Below are positions 39,503 to 50,017 of a DNA stretch of 64,000 nucleotides, piece after piece. A program made the position numbers and the translations under genes. The stretch's first letter is position 1; every line of letters begins with the position of its first letter. The notes beneath the pieces are model-generated. The model searched no databases. It was not told where the DNA came from and worked only from the letters and a program-made list of their open reading frames with translations. The DNA lies in contig BPTO01000001.1 in the NCBI GenBank assembly GCA_023705985.1, forward strand, positions 13,443 to 77,442, written 5' to 3'. The stretch comes from Candidatus Heimdallarchaeota archaeon (GTDB lineage: Archaea > Asgardarchaeota > Heimdallarchaeia > Heimdallarchaeales > Heimdallarchaeaceae).

Positions 39503-40195
39503 ATGGTTAACAAAAAATCAACTTCAAAAAAAGAATCAAAAACTAGACCATCTAAAGGTCCCGTTATTTTTGACGAGAATATTGAAAAAATCGAGACTAT
39601 AAAAGAGGAAGAAAGTCTTAAGATAGAAACATCAAGCGAGGTAGCTACAAGTACATATATGATAAAACTTGTTCTTATTGGAGATGCTCAAGTAGGTAAA
39701 ACTTCAATACGTAAAATGTATTTAGGGGAGGGGTTTCCAAAAGAGCATCTAGCAACGCTAGGAGCAGATTTTGCTGTAACCACAAAGGTAGTTAAAAATC
39801 ACACCATAAAATACCAAATCTGGGATCTTGCAGGTCAACCAATGTTCAAAAATGTCAGACCTCGCTTCTTCAAAGGTTGTTTTGGTGCATTGCTTGTGTT
39901 TGATATCACACGTGAAGATACTTTTAAAAATCTTTCATCGTGGTTAGATGAATTATACCGAGATAGTGGAAGAGGCGTTGTTCCTGCTATTATTCTAGCT
40001 AACAAGACGGATTTGGTTGATGATCAAATTATTTCTATTGAAGAAGTAAAAAAATTCGTTGAAAATCTAAACAAAAAGACAAAAACTCATAGTGTTGAGA
40101 ACTTTTTCTTAGAAACATCAGCTAAAACAGGTCTCAATATTGAAAAAGCTTTTGAAATAATTGGGCACTATATTATCAACAGTTTTGGCAAATGA
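39503..40195 (+). CDS. Ras/Rab-like small GTPase with ~55-aa N-terminal extension
   Basis: G1 GDAQVGKTS, switch-I T, G3 WDLAGQ, G4 NKTD, G5 ETSAK. Confidence 0.85.
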   Translation: MVNKKSTSKKESKTRPSKGPVIFDENIEKIETIKEEESLKIETSSEVATSTYMIKLVLIGDAQVGKTSIRKMYLGEGFPKEHLATLGADFAVTTKVVKNHTIKYQIWDLAGQPMFKNVRPRFFKGCFGALLVFDITREDTFKNLSSWLDELYRDSGRGVVPAIILANKTDLVDDQIISIEEVKKFVENLNKKTKTHSVENFFLETSAKTGLNIEKAFEIIGHYIINSFGK

Positions 40196-40660
40196 ACCAG
40201 TGTTTCATTATAGCATTTTCAGCGTATAAATACCAATCAGTACAATTTCACAAATCAATAGAATCAAGCCTGCTATTAAATGCCCATATATGAAACTTAC
40301 AGTTACACTCATTCCATTTAAGAGAATACCAATTAAAATGAAAATATCGTCCAAAGAATAGTTAAACTTGACCTTTCTTTTTTCTGCGATTTGTTTATTA
40401 GATCCCAACGCTATTTCACCAGTAATAGTACAAAGATTACTTCTTAGAGCTGTTTATTTGCCTTTCGAATGAGCACACAGACTATCTTTTTTAGTTTTAG
40501 AATATATGATATAATGTTGTTGACAAGAGCTAACGTTTTTTCACTCTATGTATAAGCACATCTCTATCAAAGCAATATTTTTAAACGTAATATTGTTCCA
40601 CAAACACGGAAAGGGCGAAAAAGAGCTTTCTCTTCCGGTAAATGAAAATGAGTGAATAAT

Positions 40661-41125
40661 ATGCCGACAGCTTATGATGTACCAGCGAATCTATTGATTG
40701 AAAGAATTGCTGAAAAATTAAAAAAAGAAACCGAAATTAAACCTCCTGAATGGGCAACTTACACAAAAACAGGTGTTCATAAGGAAAACGCGCCTGATGA
40801 GCAAGATTGGTGGTATACAAGAGCTGCTTCAGTTATGCGTAAAATTTACCTAAGAGGACCTATTGGAGTTTCACACCTTAGAATAGCTTATGGTGGCCGT
40901 CAACGCAGAGGTGTAAAACCAAATCATTTTGCACGTGGTAGTGGAGCGATTATTCGAAAAGTCCTTCAACAATTAGAAAAAGCAGATTATATCCAAAAAC
41001 GAGAAATTCATAGTAGTAAAGGACGAATTGTTGTAGGACGAGTAGTTACACCGAAAGGCCATTCTTTCATAGATAAACTATCCACAGAAATAAAAAGAAC
41101 AATACCAGAATTAGAAAGATATTAA
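40661..41125 (+). CDS. rps19e: ribosomal protein S19e (eS19)
   Basis: Matches the eS19 family across its length. Start at MPTAYD. Confidence 0.8.
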   Translation: MPTAYDVPANLLIERIAEKLKKETEIKPPEWATYTKTGVHKENAPDEQDWWYTRAASVMRKIYLRGPIGVSHLRIAYGGRQRRGVKPNHFARGSGAIIRKVLQQLEKADYIQKREIHSSKGRIVVGRVVTPKGHSFIDKLSTEIKRTIPELERY

Positions 41126-41179
41126 AAAATCAATCAACCTATCTAAAGATAAACCTTCAATTAGAGAGGATAGCTAGAA

Positions 41180-41515
41180 ATGTATGATGATGAAGAAATG
41201 GAAGCTATAAGACAAAGAAAATTAGCTCAATTACAAAAACAACAAGCATCAAATGTACAAGAAGAGAATCAAGCTGTACTTGATGCACAAAAACAAGCAA
41301 TCCTACGCCAAATACTGACAGAAGAAGCCAGACAAAGATTGACAAATGTCAAATTGGCAAGACCTCAGTTAGCAGAAGCTGTTGAATTACGATTAATACA
41401 ACTGTCTCAACAAAACACAATATCAGAAAAAATATCAGATCTTCAACTTAAAGAGATTCTGAGAAAGCTTCAAGGACAAAAACGTGAAACAAAAATCAAC
41501 ATTAGGCGATTATAA
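41180..41515 (+). CDS. PDCD5/TFAR19-like dsDNA-binding protein
   Basis: 111 aa, helical and Q-rich, conserved upstream of L39e in archaea. Confidence 0.6.
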   Translation: MYDDEEMEAIRQRKLAQLQKQQASNVQEENQAVLDAQKQAILRQILTEEARQRLTNVKLARPQLAEAVELRLIQLSQQNTISEKISDLQLKEILRKLQGQKRETKINIRRL

Positions 41516-41671
41516 ATGGCAAGAAACAGATATTTACCTAGAAAACTAAGGTATGCAAAAGAAATGAAACGAAGTTCTCCTGTTCCTAGTTGGATCACGA
41601 TTAAAACAGGACGCAAAGTACGAACTAATCCTCAAAGACGTAAATGGCGTTCTAGTAGAATAAAACGATAA
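41516..41671 (+). CDS. rpl39e: ribosomal protein L39e
   Basis: Manual translation: MARNRYLPRKLRYAKEMKRSSPVPSWITIKTGRKVRTNPQRRKWRSSRIKR. Confidence 0.85.
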   Translation: MARNRYLPRKLRYAKEMKRSSPVPSWITIKTGRKVRTNPQRRKWRSSRIKR

Positions 41672-41685
41672 AAGGATGAAAGATT

Positions 41686-42093
41686 ATGTCTCAAACAGAA
41701 GCTATTGAAACAATACTAATTGTTCCTTTATTCCCAAAATTAAATCAAGTAGCGCCTCATAAACGCACGCCTAGAGCAATTAGACTTCTCAAAGAGTTTG
41801 TTGTAAAACACACCAAAGTAGATCAAGTAATAATCACCAATGAATTGAATGAATTTATGTGGAAAAGGGGGATTCGAAAACCACCACGTAAAATAAAAAT
41901 TAGGGCAATAGTTGAAGAAATAGACGAAGAAAAAATAGCAACCGTACATCTTATTACTGAAAAAGTTGAAATCGAGAGTCGTCCCGAATTAAGAGGAATT
42001 AAACTTCCTGGCGAGCTCGAAGAGGAAGAAGAGGAAGAAGAGGAAGAAGATATTTCTTCCTCAGCTGAAGAACAAGCTGAAGAAGAGAAATAA
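41686..42093 (+). CDS. rpl31e: ribosomal protein L31e with acidic C-terminal tail
   Basis: The eL31 core is followed by a poly-Glu tail. It sits in the standard position between L39e and aIF6. Confidence 0.8.
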   Translation: MSQTEAIETILIVPLFPKLNQVAPHKRTPRAIRLLKEFVVKHTKVDQVIITNELNEFMWKRGIRKPPRKIKIRAIVEEIDEEKIATVHLITEKVEIESRPELRGIKLPGELEEEEEEEEEEDISSSAEEQAEEEK

Positions 42094-42128
42094 TCCTCTC
42101 ATTTTTCTTTTATTCTGAGGGGAACAAT

Positions 42129-42803
42129 TTGGACATCGCAAAAACAACCTTTTTAGGAAACTCAAGTTTAGGTATTTTCGCGTTAGCTACCGACAAATAT
42201 ATTTTACTACCTCATAGCATCAAGGAAAATATACTAGAAACAGTAGAAAAAGTACTAGAAGTACCTATAATACAAACAACTGTTGGAGGAACAGTGCTAG
42301 TTGGTGCCATGGTTGCAGGAAATTCAAATTTTCTTTTTGTTCCCTCTACAATAAGTCCTGAAGAGATGCGTTTAATCAAAAGTCCACTAGAAGGAAAAGT
42401 CGAAATAATTGTGATAGAGAGTAAATTAACGGCCCTAGGAAATTTAATTTCAATGAATGATAAAGGGGCAATAATAAGTGAGACATTTGAAAAACAGGTT
42501 CAAAAGAAAATTGAAGACACAATTGGAACCGAAGTTGTCTTTGGAAGTTTGATGGAATCGCCTCTTGTCGGAACACTTGCTTTCTCTACAAACAGAGGTG
42601 CGCTTGTGCACCCTCTCCTTTCTGAAGAGGAATCTAGAGCTATATCTTCGGTACTAAGAGTAAAAACCGATTTATGCACAGTGAATAGAGGTGTACCCTA
42701 CCCTCGAGTTGGGATTATAGCAAATTCAAAGGGGGCAGTTATTGGAGTGGATACAACTGGGCCAGAATCTATGCGTATTTTCGAAGTATTGCTATCTCCT
42801 TAA
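42129..42803 (+). CDS. eif6: translation initiation factor 6 (aIF6)
   Basis: 224 aa with the five-fold pseudo-repeat of aIF6. Confidence 0.8.
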   Translation: MDIAKTTFLGNSSLGIFALATDKYILLPHSIKENILETVEKVLEVPIIQTTVGGTVLVGAMVAGNSNFLFVPSTISPEEMRLIKSPLEGKVEIIVIESKLTALGNLISMNDKGAIISETFEKQVQKKIEDTIGTEVVFGSLMESPLVGTLAFSTNRGALVHPLLSEEESRAISSVLRVKTDLCTVNRGVPYPRVGIIANSKGAVIGVDTTGPESMRIFEVLLSP

Positions 42804-42911
42804 GCAAGTGAACAATTTCCACAAAAAATGCGTTTATCTTATAATAAACTAAAACTTTAGTTTCAAAAACTTGAAAAAGACATTATTAATTGGTGTATTG
42901 GTGTTACAAGA

Positions 42912-43181
42912 ATGACCTCTGTTAAGGTTTTCAAAATCAAAGGCGTATACAAATCAGGAAAACGCAAAATTACTTTTGGAAAAGAAATTAGAGCCCTAAA
43001 TAAAGAAGATGCTTTAGAAGAATTATACTCAATTCTCGGGAGTAAACATCACGTGAAAAGAAATCTTATCAAAATCAAACCCAAGGATATTACAGTGATT
43101 ACCAATCCAGATGAGATAAGAAATTTCGTTGTAAGAACTTTTACAACTGAAGATGATTTGAAAATTCCCTTCAAAAAGTGA
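42912..43181 (+). CDS. rplX: ribosomal protein LX (eL20 family)
   Basis: 89 aa. Its position between aIF6 and the prefoldin alpha gene is typical. Confidence 0.65.
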   Translation: MTSVKVFKIKGVYKSGKRKITFGKEIRALNKEDALEELYSILGSKHHVKRNLIKIKPKDITVITNPDEIRNFVVRTFTTEDDLKIPFKK

Positions 43182-43612
43182 GCAAATTGGCCGAAACACC
43201 ACAACCTCAAAAAATTTCTAAAGAAGAAATAAATAATCTTATTTATACAGCTCAACAACTCGAGCAACAAGCTCAACAATATCAAAAGCAAATTGATATA
43301 CTTAACAGCTATTATACAGAGATACAAAGCGCAGAGCAAACCCTAGTTGAGCTTTCTGACTGTAAAGATAAACATAATCTATTAGTTCCCATTGGTGCGG
43401 GTTGTTTTATCTATGCTTCAATTCAAGCAGCAGAAAAGGTTATTGTATCAATTGGTGCTCGTGTTCATACAGAAAAAAATCTTCTTGAAGCTATTAAAGG
43501 AGTTCAAAAGAAAAAATCAGAAATTGACAGTCAACTTTCACAGATAAGATCTAGTTATAATGAAGTTGTAGAACGTTTGAGTGGCATAGACATGCTCCTC
43601 AAATCAGTTTAA
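43178..43612 (+). CDS. pfdA: prefoldin alpha subunit
   Basis: Two coiled-coil segments flank a beta-hairpin region (LVPIGAGCFIYASI). Confidence 0.7.
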   Translation: MSKLAETPQPQKISKEEINNLIYTAQQLEQQAQQYQKQIDILNSYYTEIQSAEQTLVELSDCKDKHNLLVPIGAGCFIYASIQAAEKVIVSIGARVHTEKNLLEAIKGVQKKKSEIDSQLSQIRSSYNEVVERLSGIDMLLKSV

Positions 43613-43646
43613 ATTATTTTGAAAACATAGGAGAGGTGTTTTTCTT

Positions 43647-44558
43647 TTGTTTAACCAACTTAATAGAGGTCTTTCAAATTTCTTTAAGAAGATTACAATC
43701 AAAGAATTCTCACCAAAGTCTTTTCGAAAACTAACTATTAAATTAAATGACATACTCGTCCAAAATGACGTAGCTGTCAAGACAGCTAAAGCCATATGTA
43801 AGAAATTAGAAGAAAAACTTATACACACAGAACACGCAAGATTTTCTAGCCTTAAACCCTTAATCATTTCAAATCTCAGGGATGTTTTGCTAGAAGTGAT
43901 GGCACCCCCAGAGAATATTGACATTTTAAGATTAGTAGAAGAGAAAAAATCAAAAAACAAACCGTTAGTCATAATGTTTATTGGTATAAATGGCGTAGGA
44001 AAGACCCTAACAATAGGGAAAATTGGTAAGTTTTTACAAGATCATAATTATTCTTCAGTTTTTGCTGCTAGTGACACTTTTCGTGCAGGTAGTATCCAAC
44101 AACTACAGAAACATGGAGAAAAATTGGGTATTCGTGTTATTGCTCAAGAATATGGCTCTGATGCCGCAGCTGTTGCTTTTGATGCCATTAACCACGCTGA
44201 ATCAAAAAAAATCGATGTAGTTTTAATAGATACAGCTGGTAGAATTGAAACAAATGTTAACCTTATGGCAGAGTTAGAAAAACTAAAACGAGTTGCTGAG
44301 CCAGATTTAATCGTTTTTGTTGGTGATGCTTTAACAGGTAATTCACTTGTCTCACAAGCAACACTTTTTCATGAAAAGATTGGCATTGATGCTTCAATTC
44401 TGAATAAAATGGACGCAGATGTTAGTGGGGGAGCCGCTGTTTCGATTACAAATATTACACAAAAACCAATTCTTTTTATTGGAACGGGTCAAAAATATAA
44501 GGACATCCAATCATTCCATCCAGAGAAAATAATCGATCAAATTTTATCTAAAAAATAA
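43647..44558 (+). CDS. ftsY: signal recognition particle receptor FtsY
   Basis: SRP-GTPase NG domain: GINGVGKTLTIGKIG, DTAGR, and the SRP54-type insertion box. Confidence 0.85.
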   Translation: MFNQLNRGLSNFFKKITIKEFSPKSFRKLTIKLNDILVQNDVAVKTAKAICKKLEEKLIHTEHARFSSLKPLIISNLRDVLLEVMAPPENIDILRLVEEKKSKNKPLVIMFIGINGVGKTLTIGKIGKFLQDHNYSSVFAASDTFRAGSIQQLQKHGEKLGIRVIAQEYGSDAAAVAFDAINHAESKKIDVVLIDTAGRIETNVNLMAELEKLKRVAEPDLIVFVGDALTGNSLVSQATLFHEKIGIDASILNKMDADVSGGAAVSITNITQKPILFIGTGQKYKDIQSFHPEKIIDQILSKK

Positions 44559-44632
44559 TCCTTTTCTTTAAAATAAAATCAAAAAATAAAAAAAATGAAA
44601 ATGAAAATGAAAAAGAAAAAGAATTAAAGGAA

Positions 44633-44941
44633 TTATCCAAATAGAGCTCCAAGCCCAAGATCTGTATTTTCTTCCTCTTCAGGTTTTTCTTTCTTCTTTT
44701 TTTCTTTTGGAGCAGATTTTTCACCTGCGGCTGCTACTGGTGCGGCTGCCACTGGTGCGGCTGCGGTAACAGCTGTTTTTAAAGCTTCCTCGACGTTAAC
44801 TTCTTTCAAAGCTGCTACGAGTGCTTTAACACGTGATTCGTCTATCTTTGCGCCAGCTGCTTCAAGGATACCTTTGACCTTTGTTGCAGTGATATTTACT
44901 CCAAGTTCGTGTAGAACTAAAGCTGCATATACATATTCCAT
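44633..44941 (-). CDS. rpl12: ribosomal stalk protein P1 (L12)
   Basis: N-terminus MEYVYAALVLHELG, an alanine-rich linker and an acidic C-terminus ending LGALFG. Confidence 0.85.
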   Translation of the reverse strand: MEYVYAALVLHELGVNITATKVKGILEAAGAKIDESRVKALVAALKEVNVEEALKTAVTAAAPVAAAPVAAAGEKSAPKEKKKKEKPEEEENTDLGLGALFG

Positions 44942-44950
44942 ATTTTTCAC

Positions 44951-45982
44951 CTATCCAAATAATGATCCTAATCCCAAATCCTCTTCTTTTTCAGGTTCGC
45001 TCGCTTCTTCAGGTTGTACTTTTTTGGTTTCTTTAACTTCCACTTTTTGTTGTACTTGTCGCGTTTGTTTTAGAGATTCATGCACTTTATCTGATAAAGC
45101 ACTCGAATCTTTGCTTGAAATTAGAGAAGCTACGGAATGTGCTCCTTGTAAAGCTTTCGCTAAAATAAGTGGTAGTGATTTAGTTGTATGTATTCCTGCA
45201 TTAACTGAAAGATTTAGAGCTTGCTGATAGACAGCTGAGAGAATTAACGGGAGACTTGCTTTTGTCAAAATTCCAGCATTAACTGAAAGATTTAAAGCTG
45301 AACTGTATGCCCATTGAAGGTTTCGTTCATAGACTCCATAATCTAATACTAGTGAATCTCCAAGAATAATTTCACCGTTTTCTAAAGCAACGGAGAATTT
45401 TAAACCTGCTTGAAAAGGGTATATGTTCAAACGACGCAAGAGAAGAGCAACACTACTGTTAACACGTTCACCTTCTTTTGTTACGACTGATTCCTCTGAA
45501 ATTCTAATTTGACCCCCTTCAATCCTTGTCTTCAAACCCATCGCCTGTAATTCTGAAATAATGGGTCCTGGAGGCATTCCTGTGTTCATTGGTAGTATAA
45601 TTACATCATTGGGTGCTACTTGTCCTGCTTTCGCGGGTGCAGGGACTTTGTTTTTATCCATGTATGTTGCGAGTTTGAAAGGGTTTGTCTTAGTAAGTAA
45701 GAATGCACATGGTCCTTGTATGTGTTTTAAAAGATTTTCAATTCCTGGAATCTTCTTTTGAACGGCTGAAATAGCTTTTTGCATAAAACTATTTTTAGCC
45801 ATGATTATTTTCGCATCTTTCCTTAAATCGGAACGCATGGCTTGTACGACGCGGGTATTTATGTTTTCAATTTTCACTAGTCCAATTATAGGGTAGGACA
45901 ACAGTTCTTTTGTTAGGTTGTCGACAATTACTTTTTTCTTACCGGATATTTTTACTTTTGTTGTTGTCATATTGTCACTCAC
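44951..45982 (-). CDS. rpl10: ribosomal stalk protein P0 (uL10)
   Basis: P0 family, with a C-terminal acidic tail ending GLGSLFG as in P1. Confidence 0.85.
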   Translation of the reverse strand: MSDNMTTTKVKISGKKKVIVDNLTKELLSYPIIGLVKIENINTRVVQAMRSDLRKDAKIIMAKNSFMQKAISAVQKKIPGIENLLKHIQGPCAFLLTKTNPFKLATYMDKNKVPAPAKAGQVAPNDVIILPMNTGMPPGPIISELQAMGLKTRIEGGQIRISEESVVTKEGERVNSSVALLLRRLNIYPFQAGLKFSVALENGEIILGDSLVLDYGVYERNLQWAYSSALNLSVNAGILTKASLPLILSAVYQQALNLSVNAGIHTTKSLPLILAKALQGAHSVASLISSKDSSALSDKVHESLKQTRQVQQKVEVKETKKVQPEEASEPEKEEDLGLGSLFG

Positions 45983-46620
45983 CTAATTTTGATTGCGGGT
46001 CCCATTGTTGTTTTGATGAACAAAGAACGAATATTAAATTCGCCCTTCTCTAGTTCATTTTCAATGGCTTTAACTACCGCAAAAACATTTTCTCTGAGAT
46101 GATCAAGCTCCATATCGGAATTTCCCACTTTTACGTGAATAACGGGAGCTTGTCTGAGTCTTACTTGCACAATTTGCTTAACATTATCTATAATTGAAGT
46201 TATAGATGCAGTTGGTGGCACAGGTTTAGGCATTTTTCCCCTAGGTCCAAGGTATTTTCCTAGGTTTCTACCAATTATTGGCATCAGGGGGGCACTGGCG
46301 ATAAAGAAATCATGTTCCTGGGCTATTTTTTTAGCAACCTTTGGGTTGCGACTAATATTTTCCAATTCTTCCTTATCAATTACTCTAGATACACCAGAAG
46401 ATTGTGCTTCAACTAGCTGAGCACCCTCTGCAAGAACACAAATCTTCATTTCCTTGGTTAAAGGGCTAGGTAACCTAACCTCTATCTGGAAACGATTAGA
46501 TGGATCTTGAAGGTTGACGTCACGAAGGTTAATAGCTAAGTCAACAGACTCAGTGAATTTTCGAGAAGGAGACTCACTTTTCATCTTTTTAATAGCTTCA
46601 ACAAGTTGTTGTTCGTTCAT
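45979..46620 (-). CDS. rpl1: ribosomal protein L1 (uL1)
   Basis: L1 family. Start set at MNEQQLVEAIKK (ATG at 46620), because the longer ORF adds a non-conserved hydrophobic leader. Confidence 0.75.
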   Translation of the reverse strand: MNEQQLVEAIKKMKSESPSRKFTESVDLAINLRDVNLQDPSNRFQIEVRLPSPLTKEMKICVLAEGAQLVEAQSSGVSRVIDKEELENISRNPKVAKKIAQEHDFFIASAPLMPIIGRNLGKYLGPRGKMPKPVPPTASITSIIDNVKQIVQVRLRQAPVIHVKVGNSDMELDHLRENVFAVVKAIENELEKGEFNIRSLFIKTTMGPAIKIR

Positions 46621-46803
46621 AATATCATCCTCTACCGCTTCCGTTAGGTCGCTTAATGACCAACGGTCAACGCAGTCAGAACTTAATGTCAGTAAAACAA
46701 GGAAACTTTTAAACTTTTTCAAAGACGAGAAAGAGTTAAAGTCAAAGAAGATAAAAGAAAAAAGAGAAATATTTTTAGATTTCAGAACAAAGAGATAACA
46801 GGT

Positions 46804-47223
46804 TTGATTTTAATGGGTTCTGAAATTCCAGTATCAAAATTAATTATTTCAGCAAAAAAAGCTTATGAAAATGCTTATGCTCCTTACAGCAATTTCCGCG
46901 TAGGTGTAGCTCTTGTATCAAAAAAGGGTAATATTTATACAGGTTGCAACGTTGAATTTGTGGATTATTTAGCTCTTCACGCCGAACTTAATGCTATTGG
47001 TTCCGCCGTAAATAGTGGAGAAACAGACATTATTACAGTAGTTGTATATTCGGCTTGTTCTCCCCCTGTTCTGCCTTGTGGGTCTTGCCGTCAAAAACTT
47101 CTCGAGTTTTCCAAACTTCATGACCATGATATAACAATTATTGCTGTTAATAATAATGACGAGAAAATTATGCATCCATTGAGTGATTTACTTCCATTTG
47201 GGAACATTTCTGTAGAGAAATAG
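46804..47223 (+). CDS. cdd: cytidine deaminase
   Basis: Zinc-ligand motifs HAELNAI and PCGSCRQ. Confidence 0.8.
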   Translation: MILMGSEIPVSKLIISAKKAYENAYAPYSNFRVGVALVSKKGNIYTGCNVEFVDYLALHAELNAIGSAVNSGETDIITVVVYSACSPPVLPCGSCRQKLLEFSKLHDHDITIIAVNNNDEKIMHPLSDLLPFGNISVEK

Positions 47224-47314
47224 GTTTTATACTCTGAAAACTGTGCAAGTTTGTTGAGAGGAGCATGCAAAAATATTAAAGCCATCTATTCAATGTATTT
47301 TTGTAACTATTTAA

Positions 47315-47497
47315 TTGTTAAAGCTAATTTATATTAGGAAAGGATTCAATATGAGTGAAGAAGAAAACAAGAACTGCTCCAATTGCGGAAGCCCCATGCT
47401 AAAACGTCATGATTATCTGCCTGATGATTTTGACTTAAAGGAAGTGAAGGACTTTTGGCTATGTGGCTCTTGTATGCTATATGAGCTCATTGAATAA
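47315..47497 (+). CDS. small zinc-ribbon protein
   Basis: CSNCGS...CGSC four-Cys arrangement. Short and unsupported otherwise. Confidence 0.3.
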   Translation: MLKLIYIRKGFNMSEEENKNCSNCGSPMLKRHDYLPDDFDLKEVKDFWLCGSCMLYELIE

Positions 47498-49385
47498 GAA
47501 AAATTGATGGAGGTATAATCTCTGTTCCATGCTTTTCTTTTGCTTCAACAAGTCTTTTTCTTTGTTGTTCGAGTTCTTCGAAGAATTCATTAGGCACATC
47601 TTGCTCACTACGGAAAATACTCTCAATTCGATCTACTTTATCAAGGAATTTCTGAACTCTTATTGAGAATTCAGCTTCGTATCTTTCTCTACTATAGTCT
47701 TTATTGAATGCTTCTTTAAACAACTTCACCAAATCTTCGTATTTAGGTATATACCCAATTGGTGATTTAATTGCACCACATTCACCATGGACTCTTGCTT
47801 CAGCCCAAAGGAGCCAGATTTTTTTATCCAAAATAGCATCATAGTATTTGCCATTTTCGTCTTTGAGGAAGTAATTAGTTGAAAAAATCAGGGGACGATG
47901 CTCTTTGTCTACCCTTCTACCAAAATCAAAATGTGCTTTGAGGTATTTTCCAAGTGGGACTACAATGAAATCCAAGTTAGCCATTGGTTGATGTTTTCGA
48001 ACTCCTGCCTTTCCTAGAGTGGCGGATGTCGTTTCTGATTCAACTGAAGCTCCAAGTACTACACCATGGTTCCAACTGAAAGTTTCATAAAAAGGAACGG
48101 AAATATCACTATCTCTTCCACCATAGAGTATCCCAGAAACTTTTACACCATCAGGGTGGTGAAGTTTTTCATCACAATTATCCAACTCTTCGATTCTTAT
48201 TGTATAACGAGAATTAGGGTGAGCAAACTTCAATTCGTTGCCATCATCGTCCTTCTTTCCTGCTTCCCATTCACCAAGTAGAGAAGAAGTCCAATTGATA
48301 CCTGTTTCAGGAATTTTAGTTTGATCTCCCATACCAAGCCAGTAAGGTTTACCTTCTGTAATTTGAATGTTAGAAAATATGGTCTCATTGGGAGTAGTTA
48401 GTGATTTATATATTTCAGGATCGTCCTCTGGACTAACATCCTTGATAATACCAAAAATACCACTTTCGATATTTACTGCCCTAATCTCTCCATTTTCGTT
48501 TATACGAAGATAGGTTATATCGTCACCAACGATTGAATTACCGGGAACCATTGCTGTTGAAGTTTTTCCACAAGCGCTTGGAAAAGCACCGAGGAAATAG
48601 GTTTTTCTTTCTTTTCCTAATGCGTGAACAGCTGAAACAAACATGTGTTCTGTAAGCCAATCCTCGTTTACAGCCTTATTAATAGCTAAACGCAAAGCAA
48701 GTTTTTTTAGACCTAGACTATTACCTGCATATTGGTTATTCACACTTAGTACTCTGTCTTCTTCTAGGTCGATATAGATTCGTCTATCATCAATATTTTT
48801 TGTCACGTTCTTGTCAGTTAGTTCACCAGCTGAATGAATGAGATAGAAGAAATCCTCTGAACCTTCAAGGCGCTTAAATTGCTCATATCCTTTACGGTAC
48901 AGCAGGTCTTCAGAATGGGCTACATAAGCAGAATCCGTTATCTGTAAAGCTGAAATTGAAAAGCGGGAGTTGGTAGGACCTAAGCAGAAAAAACGAATGA
49001 TAGCAATCTTCCCTCTCATGGCACCGTCCATAATCCTTAATACTTCTTCCAATCCCTCATCGCGATCTTTTGTGTTAATGTGTGAACCAAACTTTTCTTT
49101 TTCAGCTGCAGGGACAAGCAAACGCGTATTTGCTTTATCTCTCGCTTGATCGAAATAAGAGTCATAATGAACTGTGTGACCCTCTTTTTCTAATTTTATT
49201 TCCTCTCCTAAATCAATAGATAATTGCCTAACATAAGCTATATCTTCTGAAGAATCATCAATTGCTACAGCTTTATCTGGTTTACAAAGAGAAAGAAATT
49301 CCTCAATTACTGCAATCACTTTTTTGTTCTTTAGTGCCTCGACTTTCTGGACATCTCTGTCACTAAGCCATTTTTTTAAGACCAT
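47487..49385 (-). CDS. pckG: phosphoenolpyruvate carboxykinase (GTP)
   Basis: Kinase-1a P-loop FPSACGKTS and a GTP-PEPCK domain layout over 632 aa. Confidence 0.85.
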   Translation of the reverse strand: MVLKKWLSDRDVQKVEALKNKKVIAVIEEFLSLCKPDKAVAIDDSSEDIAYVRQLSIDLGEEIKLEKEGHTVHYDSYFDQARDKANTRLLVPAAEKEKFGSHINTKDRDEGLEEVLRIMDGAMRGKIAIIRFFCLGPTNSRFSISALQITDSAYVAHSEDLLYRKGYEQFKRLEGSEDFFYLIHSAGELTDKNVTKNIDDRRIYIDLEEDRVLSVNNQYAGNSLGLKKLALRLAINKAVNEDWLTEHMFVSAVHALGKERKTYFLGAFPSACGKTSTAMVPGNSIVGDDITYLRINENGEIRAVNIESGIFGIIKDVSPEDDPEIYKSLTTPNETIFSNIQITEGKPYWLGMGDQTKIPETGINWTSSLLGEWEAGKKDDDGNELKFAHPNSRYTIRIEELDNCDEKLHHPDGVKVSGILYGGRDSDISVPFYETFSWNHGVVLGASVESETTSATLGKAGVRKHQPMANLDFIVVPLGKYLKAHFDFGRRVDKEHRPLIFSTNYFLKDENGKYYDAILDKKIWLLWAEARVHGECGAIKSPIGYIPKYEDLVKLFKEAFNKDYSRERYEAEFSIRVQKFLDKVDRIESIFRSEQDVPNEFFEELEQQRKRLVEAKEKHGTEIIPPSIFLIQ

Positions 49386-49511
49386 AAGAGAGATAAAAAA
49401 CCGGTTGTTTATTATGTTTATGGATGAACTATGAACTATATTATTCTACAAAAACTAGTTTGAGAGTTGAAACTGAAGAAATACAGTGAAAATAGGTGCT
49501 TATCGAACTTA

Positions 49512-49826
49512 TTAGCTATTATTAAATAGTTCTTTATTCCATTCATCTACTATTTTAAATAACTCTCTTCGCTTCTCAAGCTCTATATCTAAAGACCAAA
49601 AACCCAGCTCTACCAAAGACTTGGTCAATTCCTTTGGTTGGGAGACGGTATAATCTTGGAAATCTTGATTCCATTCAAAGAAGGCTTTTAGTTTTAGGTA
49701 AATAGAATAAGGGAGACGATCTTTTAAGCAGTAACAATCATTCCAGTTATAGGAAATAAACTTTAACTTTATTAAATCATCAATACATTTATCGAGATAT
49801 TTGTCATATTTCTGGCTGAGCATCAA
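49512..49826 (-). CDS. hypothetical protein
   Basis: ORF at the end of a three-gene same-strand run. Confidence 0.35.
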   Translation of the reverse strand: MMLSQKYDKYLDKCIDDLIKLKFISYNWNDCYCLKDRLPYSIYLKLKAFFEWNQDFQDYTVSQPKELTKSLVELGFWSLDIELEKRRELFKIVDEWNKELFNNS

Positions 49827-50017
49827 TATTAATTATAGAGAACTATATTAAATGTAAACAGAAAAAATAAGACATAATAGTGTATTGTAAAAAGTATTCG
49901 AAATAATCTTACGTTCTAGAATGCTTTAAACCTTTAAATGAGTGCAAGAAAGTTTGACCTTTAACAACACTTAACATACAAGTTTTTGCTTTGATAATTA
50001 GATTCGAATAAAGAAAA

